Part shown: positions 1 through 8,816 of the stretch, piece after piece | Position numbering within the stretch: position 1 is the stretch's first letter | Layout: each line of letters begins with the position of its first letter | Source of the DNA: Candidatus Aenigmatarchaeota archaeon | GTDB lineage: Archaea; Aenigmatarchaeota; Aenigmatarchaeia; GW2011-AR5 | NCBI GenBank assembly: GCA_016187335.1 | Contig: JACPJW010000001.1 | Coordinates: 671,159-735,158 of the forward strand | Direction of reading: 5' to 3' | Length of the DNA: 64,000 nucleotides | Translations under genes and position numbers: made by a program | Notes under the pieces: generated by a model | The model's input: the letters and a program-made list of their open reading frames with translations, nothing else | What the model was told of the DNA's origin: nothing | The model's database searches: none

Positions 1-1
1 A

Positions 2-340
2 TCATGGTGGATTGCGGTTTCCCCGGTGGTGCTGGTATTCCTCCTGACTGCGAACATGGTCCGAAGGCTCCCGATAGCAGTATCATTCTATGCGTTTCAT
101 GTCCTCCTGTCCGGCGCTTCAATCGCCGCGATGCTTGACTACACCGCGATATTCTTCGCGCTTGTCATGGCTGTGGAGCCTAAGACAACGCCGCTGTCGC
201 AGAAAGGCATGGTGGTATTCGGCGCGTGGATCGCCGTTCTTTCTGCTGTCGTCCACTACACAGGCTTGAGCATTGACCCGTTCATTATCGCGCTCCTTGT
301 CATGAACATTTTCAGGAGATACCTGAATACTATAAAGTAA
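2..340 (+). CDS. C-terminal part of a polytopic membrane protein (5' end runs off the window)
   Basis: Frame is open from base 2. Hydrophobic helices. The EPKTTPLSQKG motif weakly resembles the DPxTSP motif of RnfD/NqrB-type proteins. Confidence 0.35.
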   Translation, partial: SWWIAVSPVVLVFLLTANMVRRLPIAVSFYAFHVLLSGASIAAMLDYTAIFFALVMAVEPKTTPLSQKGMVVFGAWIAVLSAVVHYTGLSIDPFIIALLVMNIFRRYLNTIK

Positions 341-1060
341 TCAGAAAAGCTGGAAGCCTGCAATGGCCAGGACAGCAAGCAGAGACGGTATATGAATCAT
401 GTATATTGCCAGCGAGTTTCTTCCGAGGAAAGCAACAAAGGAAAGGAAGGGGTTTTTTGTCTCGCTTACCCTGAAATTCCTTTTCCCGTTTTTGTATAAT
501 GCCCCGCTGAAAGTTATGCCAATCAGAAAGAACCCGAACCACGGCAGCATCGGGAAATAATCAAGCGTTGCGAAGTTATGCGGCTGCAGCCCGAGCCACA
601 GCAGCCACGGGGAATCAAAGGAAAAGCTGCTTAGGTAAATGCCCGCAGCAATGAAGGCAAGACCCAAAAGGATGTTCCATTTTCCAAACCGAAGGAAGAA
701 GGGGGATATGACAACAGAAATTCCTATCAGATGCAGGATTCCGAACCAGACAGTCTGGCCCGGGACAAAAATCCATGTAACAAGGGTTATCGCCATTCCG
801 AGCAGGAAAATTTTCATGCCCCGCATCTCACCTCTATGATGAAAATTTTTCTTCTTTCTGCCATAGCTCACCGCCAGAGATATTCCAGCTATGGTTATGA
901 ACAATGTGCCGACGAAGCGCGGGAACCAGAACCAGAATATTTCTCCGGCAGAAAAATTATAAACGCCGAAATAGCGCAGCGCGAAGGCATAGTTGAATAT
1001 TATCATCAGGATTACGGCAAGGCCCCGAGCAAAATCAAGCTCCCGGAAGCGTTTTGGCAT
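341..1060 (-). CDS. DUF1624 / HGSNAT-like membrane acyltransferase family protein
   Basis: N-terminus MPKRFRELDFARGLAVILMIIFNY followed by multiple TM helices, typical of this family. Confidence 0.55.
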   Translation of the reverse strand: MPKRFRELDFARGLAVILMIIFNYAFALRYFGVYNFSAGEIFWFWFPRFVGTLFITIAGISLAVSYGRKKKNFHHRGEMRGMKIFLLGMAITLVTWIFVPGQTVWFGILHLIGISVVISPFFLRFGKWNILLGLAFIAAGIYLSSFSFDSPWLLWLGLQPHNFATLDYFPMLPWFGFFLIGITFSGALYKNGKRNFRVSETKNPFLSFVAFLGRNSLAIYMIHIPSLLAVLAIAGFQLF

Positions 1061-1093
1061 ATAATTAAATTTGCAAAGGAACGTTAAAAGCAG

Positions 1094-1852
1094 TTATTTC
1101 AGAGTGAATTTTATTCTTTCAAATTCGTCTATTTTTCTCTTTGCGGATTTTAGGTATCTGTATGTTTTCTGTATTCTGATGGCAACCTTGTCTGCATAGG
1201 CCTCTTCTTCATCTGAATCGTGGTGAAACCTTGCCAGCAGCGAAAGCGGCGAGAAAAATTTAAGCAGAGAAAAAGACAGTTTTAATACAGATGCCTTGCG
1301 TTTCAGATGCCCAAGTTCATGCAGTATTACAGCTTCTATCTCTTTTTTGTTAAGAAGGTCAATAAGCCCTGCAGAAAGGAATATCATTGATTTGAATGAT
1401 CTGAAAGAAAATGCGACGGGGTTCGCGTTGTCGATTACGTAAACCTTCGGCATTCTGATTTTCATCCTTGTAGAATGTTTCTCTACAAATCCGACTACGT
1501 GAAAATTCTCCACCTCGTATTTTCTGCTGAAGAACATGTAAAAGCCGGGTATAACTAAAAAACCTGCTACCGTGCTAATTAAAAGCGTTGTTGGAAGCGC
1601 CAGTGAAACTAAGTTCAAAAGGCTGTTTGTACATGCGCAAGTGAAACTGCACATAGTGGCATTTGTAGTCAAGACTACGAATGGGAAAAACAGGAAAATT
1701 AAATGGCCGTAAATAAGCCCGATTTTCGATTTTGTTGAAAGCTTGGATTTCTTCAGAACCAGCAGCGTAATTATGGCAAGCAAAAGGGAGCTTGCCATCA
1801 GCAGTAATTTGTCGGGGTCTATAGAAAACCCGGCATAGCACGCGTCCAACAT
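1094..1852 (-). CDS. BlaR1-like (M56/M48) membrane zinc metallopeptidase
   Basis: N-terminal TM helices, then a HELGH (HExxH) motif. Lies directly downstream of a BlaI-like repressor. Start placed at Met19 (1852), 1 nt after the upstream stop; the ORF track start is 1906. Confidence 0.6.
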   Translation of the reverse strand: MLDACYAGFSIDPDKLLLMASSLLLAIITLLVLKKSKLSTKSKIGLIYGHLIFLFFPFVVLTTNATMCSFTCACTNSLLNLVSLALPTTLLISTVAGFLVIPGFYMFFSRKYEVENFHVVGFVEKHSTRMKIRMPKVYVIDNANPVAFSFRSFKSMIFLSAGLIDLLNKKEIEAVILHELGHLKRKASVLKLSFSLLKFFSPLSLLARFHHDSDEEEAYADKVAIRIQKTYRYLKSAKRKIDEFERIKFTLK

Positions 1853-1853
1853 T

Positions 1854-2237
1854 CTACTTCCTCTTTGAAAACCTTTTATAAAAGTAATTGGCTGCGACAG
1901 TTCCAAAGTTGTTCATAAGCTTGTTTACAGTATGTTCAATAACTGACTCCTCGAATTCATGCTTTGTCTTTTTAGGATAATAAATATAATGTCCGCCACC
2001 ACGACCTTTCTCTATTGTTCTGGATACTATGCCTTTCTGGTGAAGCCTGTCAAGGGTTACCGCAACGCTTGTCAACGCAAAATTTCTGTTTCTTTTCAAT
2101 AGCCTGTGAAGTTCTGCGACACGGGCTTTGTCCATTTTCCACAGAAGGAGCAATATTTCTGTTTCCAGCGGGCTCAAAAGAGTTTTCACGCCCTTTCTGT
2201 CTAACCTTAATTTATTTACCTTCATCATAGAAACCAT
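1854..2237 (-). CDS. BlaI/MecI/CopY-family winged-helix transcriptional repressor
   Basis: LSPLETEILLLLW...ARVAELHRLL...TSVAVTLDRLHQKGIVSR is the penicillinase-repressor family signature. Paired with the BlaR1-like gene. Confidence 0.7.
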   Translation of the reverse strand: MVSMMKVNKLRLDRKGVKTLLSPLETEILLLLWKMDKARVAELHRLLKRNRNFALTSVAVTLDRLHQKGIVSRTIEKGRGGGHYIYYPKKTKHEFEESVIEHTVNKLMNNFGTVAANYFYKRFSKRK

Positions 2238-2399
2238 GTTTTTAATTTAATTTCAGGAACAGTATATTTTATGAATATGTATCCAGTTTCTTAAATACTT
2301 TACAAAATCTGTAAATCTTGCGAGAACCAAAAATATTTAAATAACCCCGAATAAGATATTTAAAGCTTTACATAACTTGTAAATGTATTCGGTGATTGC

Positions 2400-3773
2400 T
2401 TGAAGAAAAAACGCCCCAATACAAGCTATATGACTGACGAAGAAAAAGAAGCTTACGAGAAACTCCAAGAAAAGTTTGAGCTCGTGCCGAAGAAAGAGCA
2501 AAAGAAAAGAATTTCTAAAAAATCCACCCATGATTCTGAGAATGTTGTTTTGCATACAATAGGCATCGTAAAGCAGCCTCTTTACGCAAAAACTTTCGCC
2601 ACAAGCGCTATACTGTTTGGAATTCTGTACACATTTTTATACGGCCTATGGAGGATACCAGTTATAGATTTCGGATTTAACAGGTTCTCTGCTGTAGGGA
2701 TTTTAGATTATGCGTATCTGCTTATTATTACGGCCATCACGGGCTTGATGTTTGCTTTGTTCAAGTATGAAAGGGTTCAACACGTCAAATCAGGTTCCAA
2801 AGCTGGTTTGGGCGGCAGCGGATTGGCGGGTATTGTGTCGGCTATCTGCCCGGTCTGCCAAGGCATAACGATAACCGCATTGGGAGGAACAATAGCCACA
2901 TTGCCGCTTGCATTCCTTGTCCCTTACATAGGATTAATCCAACTTATGACAGTTTTGATTTTAGGTTTCGCGCTTTACCTAAAAGCTAACAGCGTATATA
3001 CGCAAACCTGCATAACGTGCAAAGTTAAGGTTGATAAAAAATTGCACACAGAAATTCCTTCTACGGGCACACCAAAAGCGAAAGAGCCCTTTTTGTACAG
3101 GAATAATATCGCTTTTGGCGCTTTGATTGTTTTGGTTTTGATGCTTGTTGCAAATAATTTTCTTATAACAACTGCTTACGCAAATGCCGGCGCATCTGCC
3201 GGCCTAAACGGCGACAGCGTATCTTTGAAAACGGGATTTGAATACGGCTCTAAAGTTACGCTAAAGCCAATGCCTTTGGCAACCGGCGAAAGCCCGCGAT
3301 TTCAGGGGTATAGAACAATAGTAAAGCCTTTGCCGACCATCAGCGAATTATCATTATCTCCGCCGACTGGTGACGTAGTTCAGGACCTTGTGAATAACGT
3401 TGTTCCAAGAGGGACACCATGGTACGGGCAAGAGGCGGGCGTAACATTTGACGACCCAATACAAGCGCAGCAGCTCTGGGCAAAAGGCAGGGCAATCCAG
3501 CTCGATGCTGCAGAGGAACAGCGATGGAGCAGGATAGTCAATTCATTCACATGCGACTACTGCTGTGGCTCTCCGCAGAATCCAACTATCATAACAAGGT
3601 GCGGTTGTGCGCACTCGGCAGCTGCGCAGGGCATGGCAAAATGGTTTGTAAAGAATTACGGAGACAAATACTCTGACGAAGAAATATACGGCGAAATGGC
3701 AAGATGGTATGCGTTGTGGTATCCCGGTCCTACAGTAAAGAGAATTGCAGAGGAGTTGCAGGCGGCAAATTAG
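2400..3773 (+). CDS. Polytopic membrane protein with an intramembrane CPVC motif and a C-terminal Cys-rich domain
   Basis: Lys/Glu-rich cytoplasmic N-terminus; TM helices containing SAICPVCQG; C-terminal FTCDYCCGSPQNPTIITRCGCAHS cluster. The start could instead be the ATG at 2430. Confidence 0.5.
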   Translation: MKKKRPNTSYMTDEEKEAYEKLQEKFELVPKKEQKKRISKKSTHDSENVVLHTIGIVKQPLYAKTFATSAILFGILYTFLYGLWRIPVIDFGFNRFSAVGILDYAYLLIITAITGLMFALFKYERVQHVKSGSKAGLGGSGLAGIVSAICPVCQGITITALGGTIATLPLAFLVPYIGLIQLMTVLILGFALYLKANSVYTQTCITCKVKVDKKLHTEIPSTGTPKAKEPFLYRNNIAFGALIVLVLMLVANNFLITTAYANAGASAGLNGDSVSLKTGFEYGSKVTLKPMPLATGESPRFQGYRTIVKPLPTISELSLSPPTGDVVQDLVNNVVPRGTPWYGQEAGVTFDDPIQAQQLWAKGRAIQLDAAEEQRWSRIVNSFTCDYCCGSPQNPTIITRCGCAHSAAAQGMAKWFVKNYGDKYSDEEIYGEMARWYALWYPGPTVKRIAEELQAAN

Positions 3774-3783
3774 GCATGATTTT

Positions 3784-4311
3784 ATGGCAAAAAGAAAGAA
3801 CAAAATCAGCGATAAAATGATTGGAATTATGATGGGTATAGCTTTCACGCTCAGCGCCATAGGGATAATCAATGCAGCATATGTTTTCTTTGCGCACAAA
3901 AATGAAGGAAATTCTATGATGGATTCAGGAGGTAGGATGCCTATGATGATGAGTTTCTCATATTCATCTCCTGATAATGCCGCCATACAAAGCCAGCAGC
4001 AAGAAGAACAAGAAGGCAAAAAGTTTTTGGATAACCTAAACAACAAAATAGTTGTCTGTCCACAACTCAAGAATGCAGATTTTGAGAAAATTGGTGAATA
4101 TTTTATGGGTCAATCCATTGGAGATACTTCGAGGCACATTGCCATGAATGAAATGATGAAATCAATGATGGGAGAACAGGGGGAAGAACAAATGCATATC
4201 GCAATGGGCAAGCGAATGAGTAATTGCGAACCTGACGCACCAATGCCTCAAAATATGATGGGCAGCGACATGATGTCTGGAAATATGATGCGCTCAATGA
4301 TGATGGGTTAA
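3784..4311 (+). CDS. Membrane-anchored Met/His-rich protein (Mets-motif-like, putative Cu(I) binding)
   Basis: Single TM helix (MIGIMMGIAFTLSAIGIINAAYVFF), then Met-rich segments (MMDSGGRMPMMMSF, MNEMMKSMMGEQGEEQMH, MPQNMMGSDMMSGNMMRSMMMG). Confidence 0.5.
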   Translation: MAKRKNKISDKMIGIMMGIAFTLSAIGIINAAYVFFAHKNEGNSMMDSGGRMPMMMSFSYSSPDNAAIQSQQQEEQEGKKFLDNLNNKIVVCPQLKNADFEKIGEYFMGQSIGDTSRHIAMNEMMKSMMGEQGEEQMHIAMGKRMSNCEPDAPMPQNMMGSDMMSGNMMRSMMMG

Positions 4312-4362
4312 TAGTGGTGATTCAATGGAAAATAAAAAGAAAAAGAAAGGAGGCTGTTGCTG

Positions 4363-4578
4363 ATGGAAAGAAAAGAGCTGCTGATGACGCTGATGATAGG
4401 CGTGCTTCTGCTCACGACAGCCATGCAGACAGTAGCTTTGGCAAGTTTGAGCAACGGACAGGTAGTGGTAAGAGGCAAAGCAGTTGCAAGCAGCCCGGCA
4501 CCAAGCTCAAGCGCGCCGTCGACAGGCGGTTCGGCATCTAGCTTAGCGAACTTGCCAAGCATGGTAGGCGGCTGCTAG
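4363..4578 (+). CDS. Small secreted peptide (71 aa) ending in GGC
   Basis: AAAGGAGG lies 9 nt upstream of the ATG at 4363. Signal-peptide-like LLMTLMIGVLLLTTAMQTVALA, Ser/Pro/Ala-rich body, C-terminus LPSMVGGC. Confidence 0.4.
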   Translation: MERKELLMTLMIGVLLLTTAMQTVALASLSNGQVVVRGKAVASSPAPSSSAPSTGGSASSLANLPSMVGGC

Positions 4579-4601
4579 CTGAAACGCATGGTTGATGACG
4601 A

Positions 4602-6005
4602 ATGGGCAACAAAACATTAGACATTATTTTATATATTTTTATAGCGTTAGCAGTTGTACTTTCTGTCGTAAATTTTTCGCTTATATCTGCCCGAAGCGAA
4701 AAAGTAAAGGAAGCTGTTCTGTTGGCTGAAAAAGAAAACAAGCCGGCTAAATTGGAATTGATAAAAATTATCTCTTCTTCTTGCCAGGATTGTTTCGATA
4801 TAAATCCTGTTATTGAAACCCTCAAGAAAGCGAACGTCAACGTCACTTCTGAAAAAACTATAGATTTTTCTTCGCAGGAAGCAAAGCAGCTTATAAGTCA
4901 GTACAACATAGAAAAGCTTCCTACTGTTGTAGTTCTGGGTGAAGTCAATAAATCTTCCGTAGTCAATTTATGGAACCAGAACTGGTACGTTGAAATGGCT
5001 GACGGCACGCAGGTTTTAGCTGTTTATTCTGCCGTGGCTCCACCTTATGTGGACGCAGCATCCGGTGATTTCAGGGGTCTTGTAGCCTTAACGCATATTT
5101 TAGACGAATCGTGTCCGGATTGCGCAGACCTTATGCAGGTAATAAGCTTCTTCAAGCAGCAGAATGTCAAGTTCTCAAGCGAGAAAACAATTGACTATAC
5201 TTCTCAAGAAGCCAAAGACCTAATAGCTAAGTTTGAGGTGCAGAAAGTTCCAGCTTTGATTATCTCTAAGGATATTCTAGATTACCCAGCTATATCTCAA
5301 GTATGGGATCAGCTAAATACCAGTGAGAAGCAAGGTTTCTATGCGCTGCACACAACCGTTCCGCCATATAGGGATTTGGCCACAAACAAAATTGAAGGGT
5401 TGGTAACTGTAATTTACCTTAATGACAGCACATGTGCAAGCTGCTACGATGTCCAGATTAACAGGCAGATTCTGGAAAGAAACTTTGGAGTGGTAATTGC
5501 AAACGAGACAACTGATGATATAAATTCTGAAAACGGCAGATCGTTAGTAAAGCAGTACAACATAACAAAGGTTCCTATAATGCTTGCTTCCCCTGATGCC
5601 AGCGTGTATGCAGCCTTTACTGAGATCTGGCAACAGGTTGGGAATGTCGCTAAAGACGGATGGTATGTAATGAGAAAGCCGGAAGTTTTGGGAACTTACA
5701 AGGATCTAGCCAAGGGAATTGTTGTGAATGAGGTAACTGTTTATGCAGGCGAATTTGAATTCCAGCCAAATGCTATCGAGGTCAAGAAAGGTGAAACTGT
5801 TCGGCTGACTTTCATAAACGCGGGGACAGTTGAGCATGACTTTGTTATAGACGAGCTAAATGTAAGAACAAAACGCTTGCAGCCGAGAACATTAGAGACT
5901 ATAGAATTTGTGGCGGACAAAAGCGGCGCGTTTTCATTCTACTGTTCCGTTGAAGGCCATAGGCAGCAGGGTATGGAAGGATCTATTACTATAAGCCAGG
6001 TGTGA
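4602..6005 (+). CDS. Membrane-anchored fusion of three thioredoxin-like CxxC modules and a C-terminal cupredoxin domain
   Basis: N-terminal TM helix. Three repeats each carry CxxC (CQDC, CPDC, CASC) and a downstream K(L/V)P cis-Pro motif. C-terminus VEHDF...FYCSVEGHRQQGMEGSITI gives the His, Cys-x4-His-x4-Met pattern of a type-1 copper site. Confidence 0.65.
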   Translation: MGNKTLDIILYIFIALAVVLSVVNFSLISARSEKVKEAVLLAEKENKPAKLELIKIISSSCQDCFDINPVIETLKKANVNVTSEKTIDFSSQEAKQLISQYNIEKLPTVVVLGEVNKSSVVNLWNQNWYVEMADGTQVLAVYSAVAPPYVDAASGDFRGLVALTHILDESCPDCADLMQVISFFKQQNVKFSSEKTIDYTSQEAKDLIAKFEVQKVPALIISKDILDYPAISQVWDQLNTSEKQGFYALHTTVPPYRDLATNKIEGLVTVIYLNDSTCASCYDVQINRQILERNFGVVIANETTDDINSENGRSLVKQYNITKVPIMLASPDASVYAAFTEIWQQVGNVAKDGWYVMRKPEVLGTYKDLAKGIVVNEVTVYAGEFEFQPNAIEVKKGETVRLTFINAGTVEHDFVIDELNVRTKRLQPRTLETIEFVADKSGAFSFYCSVEGHRQQGMEGSITISQV

Positions 6006-6009
6006 GCAA

Positions 6010-6492
6010 ATGGGGGTCGCAAAGCCAAAATCCAATGTAGTTCTAGGCGCAGTCGTAATAGCCGCTGTGTTTGTTGCAGGACTGATTTACGTTCAATTCA
6101 CAAAGCAGAATGAAGTAGCGGATAATTACCAAGTTGCACCACCCGAAGAAGTCGTTAGGCAATATTTTACGTCGTGGAACAATAGAGACTGGCCCAATAT
6201 GTACGCAACTTTGTCAGACGGATTCAAGAAAATTGATCCCAATGCTAAAGACTTAGCTGCATTCAGAAACTTTGCAAGCTCTCAAGGTATAGAAGGCGTT
6301 AACATAATAAGCATAAAAGAAGAGTCTAATGACGGAACTACAGCTAGCGTTGTATATTCTATTGAATTCACATTATCAAATGGAAGCAAGAGGCCGTTCA
6401 GCGATAGATTTACACTGAAATTCAGGCAAGGCGACATCATTCCCGGCTGGAAGCTTATTCACCCGTACGGCCCCAACATTGATACTTCGTAG
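6010..6492 (+). CDS. Membrane-anchored NTF2/SnoaL-like domain protein
   Basis: N-terminal TM helix; VVRQYFTSWNNRDWPNMYATLSDGF resembles the SnoaL/NTF2 fold signature. Confidence 0.4.
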   Translation: MGVAKPKSNVVLGAVVIAAVFVAGLIYVQFTKQNEVADNYQVAPPEEVVRQYFTSWNNRDWPNMYATLSDGFKKIDPNAKDLAAFRNFASSQGIEGVNIISIKEESNDGTTASVVYSIEFTLSNGSKRPFSDRFTLKFRQGDIIPGWKLIHPYGPNIDTS

Positions 6493-6574
6493 GCGATTGG
6501 ATGAAGAGCAAACTAGTAAAACATATCGGCATGATGACATCATTTTGTTGATAATTAACGCAAGAGGTAAAAAT

Positions 6575-7327
6575 ATGGACAATACAGAAAAATTTGCTTT
6601 TGGGTTTCTTGGAATAGCATCTATAATAGCGGTATTCGCAATGCTCTCTGCGTTTAATATCGTACAGCTCAATTCAAATCCAGCAACAGGAAATTCTGTC
6701 CAGAATTCAATGGGCCAGCGGTTAACAAGAATGAGCTTGTCGCCTTTCGATGTCCAGCTTGCGAAGCAGTTCATGGACAAGAACGGCGACGGCAAATGCG
6801 ATGTATGCGGCATGGATGTGCAGATATGCATAGACAGCGGGCAGATGCAGTGCAATATGGATTCCAAATCTACTATAGGTGTTCTAGGCTCGCAGCATAT
6901 TCATGCTGACTGGAAAATATATATAAACGGCAAAGAATTAGACGATAATTTTTTTGACTCTATAGCTATGAACATGTCAAATGAAAACAATGGCATATCG
7001 AGCAGTTTCATACATGTTGACAAAGGCGCGCCTTCACCGGAAAAAACAGGTAATGTATTGCATATGCATGCTACCGGAGTGCCATTATGGATATTCTTCA
7101 AAAGCGTGGGAATGGATTTCAATAAAGACTGCCTGTCGCTTTCAGATGGACAAAAATTCTGCAACGCTGGGGAAAATACTTTGAAATTCTATGTAAACGG
7201 AAAGCCTAACAGCGAATGGGAAAAATATGTTTTCAACGATCTGGACAAGATTCTGATTTCATATGGAGAAGAAACAGACCTGAGCCAGCAGCTGAATTCA
7301 ATAACGGATTTCGCAAAGAGTCATTGA
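6575..7327 (+). CDS. Membrane-anchored protein with a CxxCGM Cys cluster and a His-rich C-terminal domain (paralogue of 9454..10140)
   Basis: GAGGT lies 6 nt upstream of the ATG at 6575. TM helix; DKNGDGKCDVCGMDVQICIDSGQMQC; HIHADW...LHMHATG...KFYVNGK...NDLDKILISY aligns with the C-terminus of the 9454 gene product. Confidence 0.5.
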   Translation: MDNTEKFAFGFLGIASIIAVFAMLSAFNIVQLNSNPATGNSVQNSMGQRLTRMSLSPFDVQLAKQFMDKNGDGKCDVCGMDVQICIDSGQMQCNMDSKSTIGVLGSQHIHADWKIYINGKELDDNFFDSIAMNMSNENNGISSSFIHVDKGAPSPEKTGNVLHMHATGVPLWIFFKSVGMDFNKDCLSLSDGQKFCNAGENTLKFYVNGKPNSEWEKYVFNDLDKILISYGEETDLSQQLNSITDFAKSH

Positions 7328-7333
7328 TACTTT

Positions 7334-7792
7334 ATGAAAAGGAAAAATAGTAGCAAGGCGCATAAAGAAAAATTTCTCAGCATGTTTAGTGGGCTTTCAG
7401 GTAGCTTGAGCTTTCTGGGCGGATGGCAGGTTTGCCATAATTTATGCCTAGGTATTATAGCTCTGCTGTCAGTGGTGGGCATAGCAGTAGTTGGCATGCC
7501 GTTTTTGTTTTTAACGCAGTACGCTGTATATTTCTGGTCGCTAGCTGCATTGCTTCTTGTACCTACGCTTATATTGTACTGGAAAAACAGAAAATGCATC
7601 TCCGCGAATCTGATACTGTTTAACATAGGCATTGTAATCGCAAGCGTGCCTTTTGCGCAGCTGCAGGCTTATCAAGTAGCATTCTGGCTAGTTGGCGGCG
7701 TTTTAATTGCATCTTCTGTGTGGATGTTTGTAAAGCCGAAGTTTCAAAAGAACAATAAAAATTTAGCTTCTGGTGCTATTTCAGCGCCTTGA
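7334..7792 (+). CDS. Small integral membrane protein with a CxxxC motif
   Basis: About 4 TM helices; GGWQVCHNLCLG at the first helix; 6 nt downstream of the preceding gene. Confidence 0.4.
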   Translation: MKRKNSSKAHKEKFLSMFSGLSGSLSFLGGWQVCHNLCLGIIALLSVVGIAVVGMPFLFLTQYAVYFWSLAALLLVPTLILYWKNRKCISANLILFNIGIVIASVPFAQLQAYQVAFWLVGGVLIASSVWMFVKPKFQKNNKNLASGAISAP

Positions 7793-7910
7793 GCAGAAGT
7801 TTTCGCGCTTCTGGCGTCAATGACTTCCTGAGATTCTTCGTGCATATACAGACGCAGCAGTCGCATGCAGGACAGACACCGCCCGTGCAGCATGATTTTC
7901 TTCGTGTCAT
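7776..7910 (-). CDS. Unannotated 44-aa cysteine-rich peptide (8 Cys), metallothionein-like
   Basis: ATG at 7910 is preceded by AAAGGAGGT (GGAGG 8 nt upstream) and lies 27 nt downstream of the ccdA stop. Translation: MTRRKSCCTGGVCPACDCCVCICTKNLRKSLTPEARKLLLKALK. Below the 60-aa cutoff of the ORF track. Confidence 0.5.
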   Translation of the reverse strand: MTRRKSCCTGGVCPACDCCVCICTKNLRKSLTPEARKLLLKALK

Positions 7911-7937
7911 AGCATCAACCTCCTTTGAGCAAAAATA

Positions 7938-8780
7938 TTACGGGAAAAATAAGGCAACAAATTGCTTAGCGTAAAGCACTGTAATTATGATGAATAACCC
8001 AGCCAGCATGAGAACGATTGCGGATATTTTTAGTATCTTATGGCTCGACTCGCGCAGGAAATTTATCTTAGCGGTGCCGACAAGAAGAGAAACCGTCAGC
8101 ATCAAAATTCCCATTGTCAGCGAATAAATAACAAAAGCCAAAAGCGCAGCATTAAACCCGCTAGCCAACGCAAGGACAATCAATCCAGCAAGAATAGGGC
8201 CGGTGCAGCCTATATTTCCCAAGTTATAACCGAACCCGTAGAAGAAATAATTCTCTGAGCTCTTTTTTCCCGAAACAAATTTATGACTTATGCTTTTGAA
8301 CAGTTGCCCCTGTACTGAAATATGAAAGAATTGCAGTACGCCAAGGATGAACAAAATTCCGCCTACTATTGCCCTTATTGTCAGAGTAATACCCGAAAGC
8401 TGGCCGCTTTCTGCAACCGAAAAGGCAGACCCAATTCCCAGGCCAATGAAGGCAAGAATAACGCCCAGAATTATGTTGAATGAGACTAATCCTGCCGATG
8501 CCAAAACCCCGTTTCTAAAAATAGCACCCTTGTGTAAGTTCTTGCCCTTCCCGTATAGTGAGAGGTATGCTGGCAGCAAACCGAAAGAGCATGGGGAAAA
8601 GAATGTTGCCAGGCCTGCAAATACTGCAACAATCATCAGAGGCAGCACGCCCAAAGTAGCCATATTTTTTGCGAATTCAAGAAAGCCAAAATACCCTGCA
8701 ACCGTGATTGCTATCAATACTGCGAGGAATACTACATATAAGCCAGCTTGTCCCTTGGCATCTGAACCCATAAAAATCAC
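7938..8780 (-). CDS. ccdA: CcdA/DsbD-family transmembrane thiol-disulfide electron transporter
   Basis: FFSPCSFGLLPAYL and GNIGCTGPILAGL are the two conserved Cys-containing TM motifs of the DsbD_2/CcdA family. Confidence 0.75.
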   Translation of the reverse strand: MIFMGSDAKGQAGLYVVFLAVLIAITVAGYFGFLEFAKNMATLGVLPLMIVAVFAGLATFFSPCSFGLLPAYLSLYGKGKNLHKGAIFRNGVLASAGLVSFNIILGVILAFIGLGIGSAFSVAESGQLSGITLTIRAIVGGILFILGVLQFFHISVQGQLFKSISHKFVSGKKSSENYFFYGFGYNLGNIGCTGPILAGLIVLALASGFNAALLAFVIYSLTMGILMLTVSLLVGTAKINFLRESSHKILKISAIVLMLAGLFIIITVLYAKQFVALFFP

Positions 8781-8816
8781 GCTTTAATAGTTTCTTTTGT
8801 ATACTATTAGTGTTGT

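Noticed and set aside
7789-7974. 61-aa plus-strand ORF between the 4-TM gene and ccdA
   Set aside because: No SD and no motifs. The opposite strand carries a better-supported SD-preceded Cys-rich sORF, and this ORF also overlaps the ccdA 3' end.
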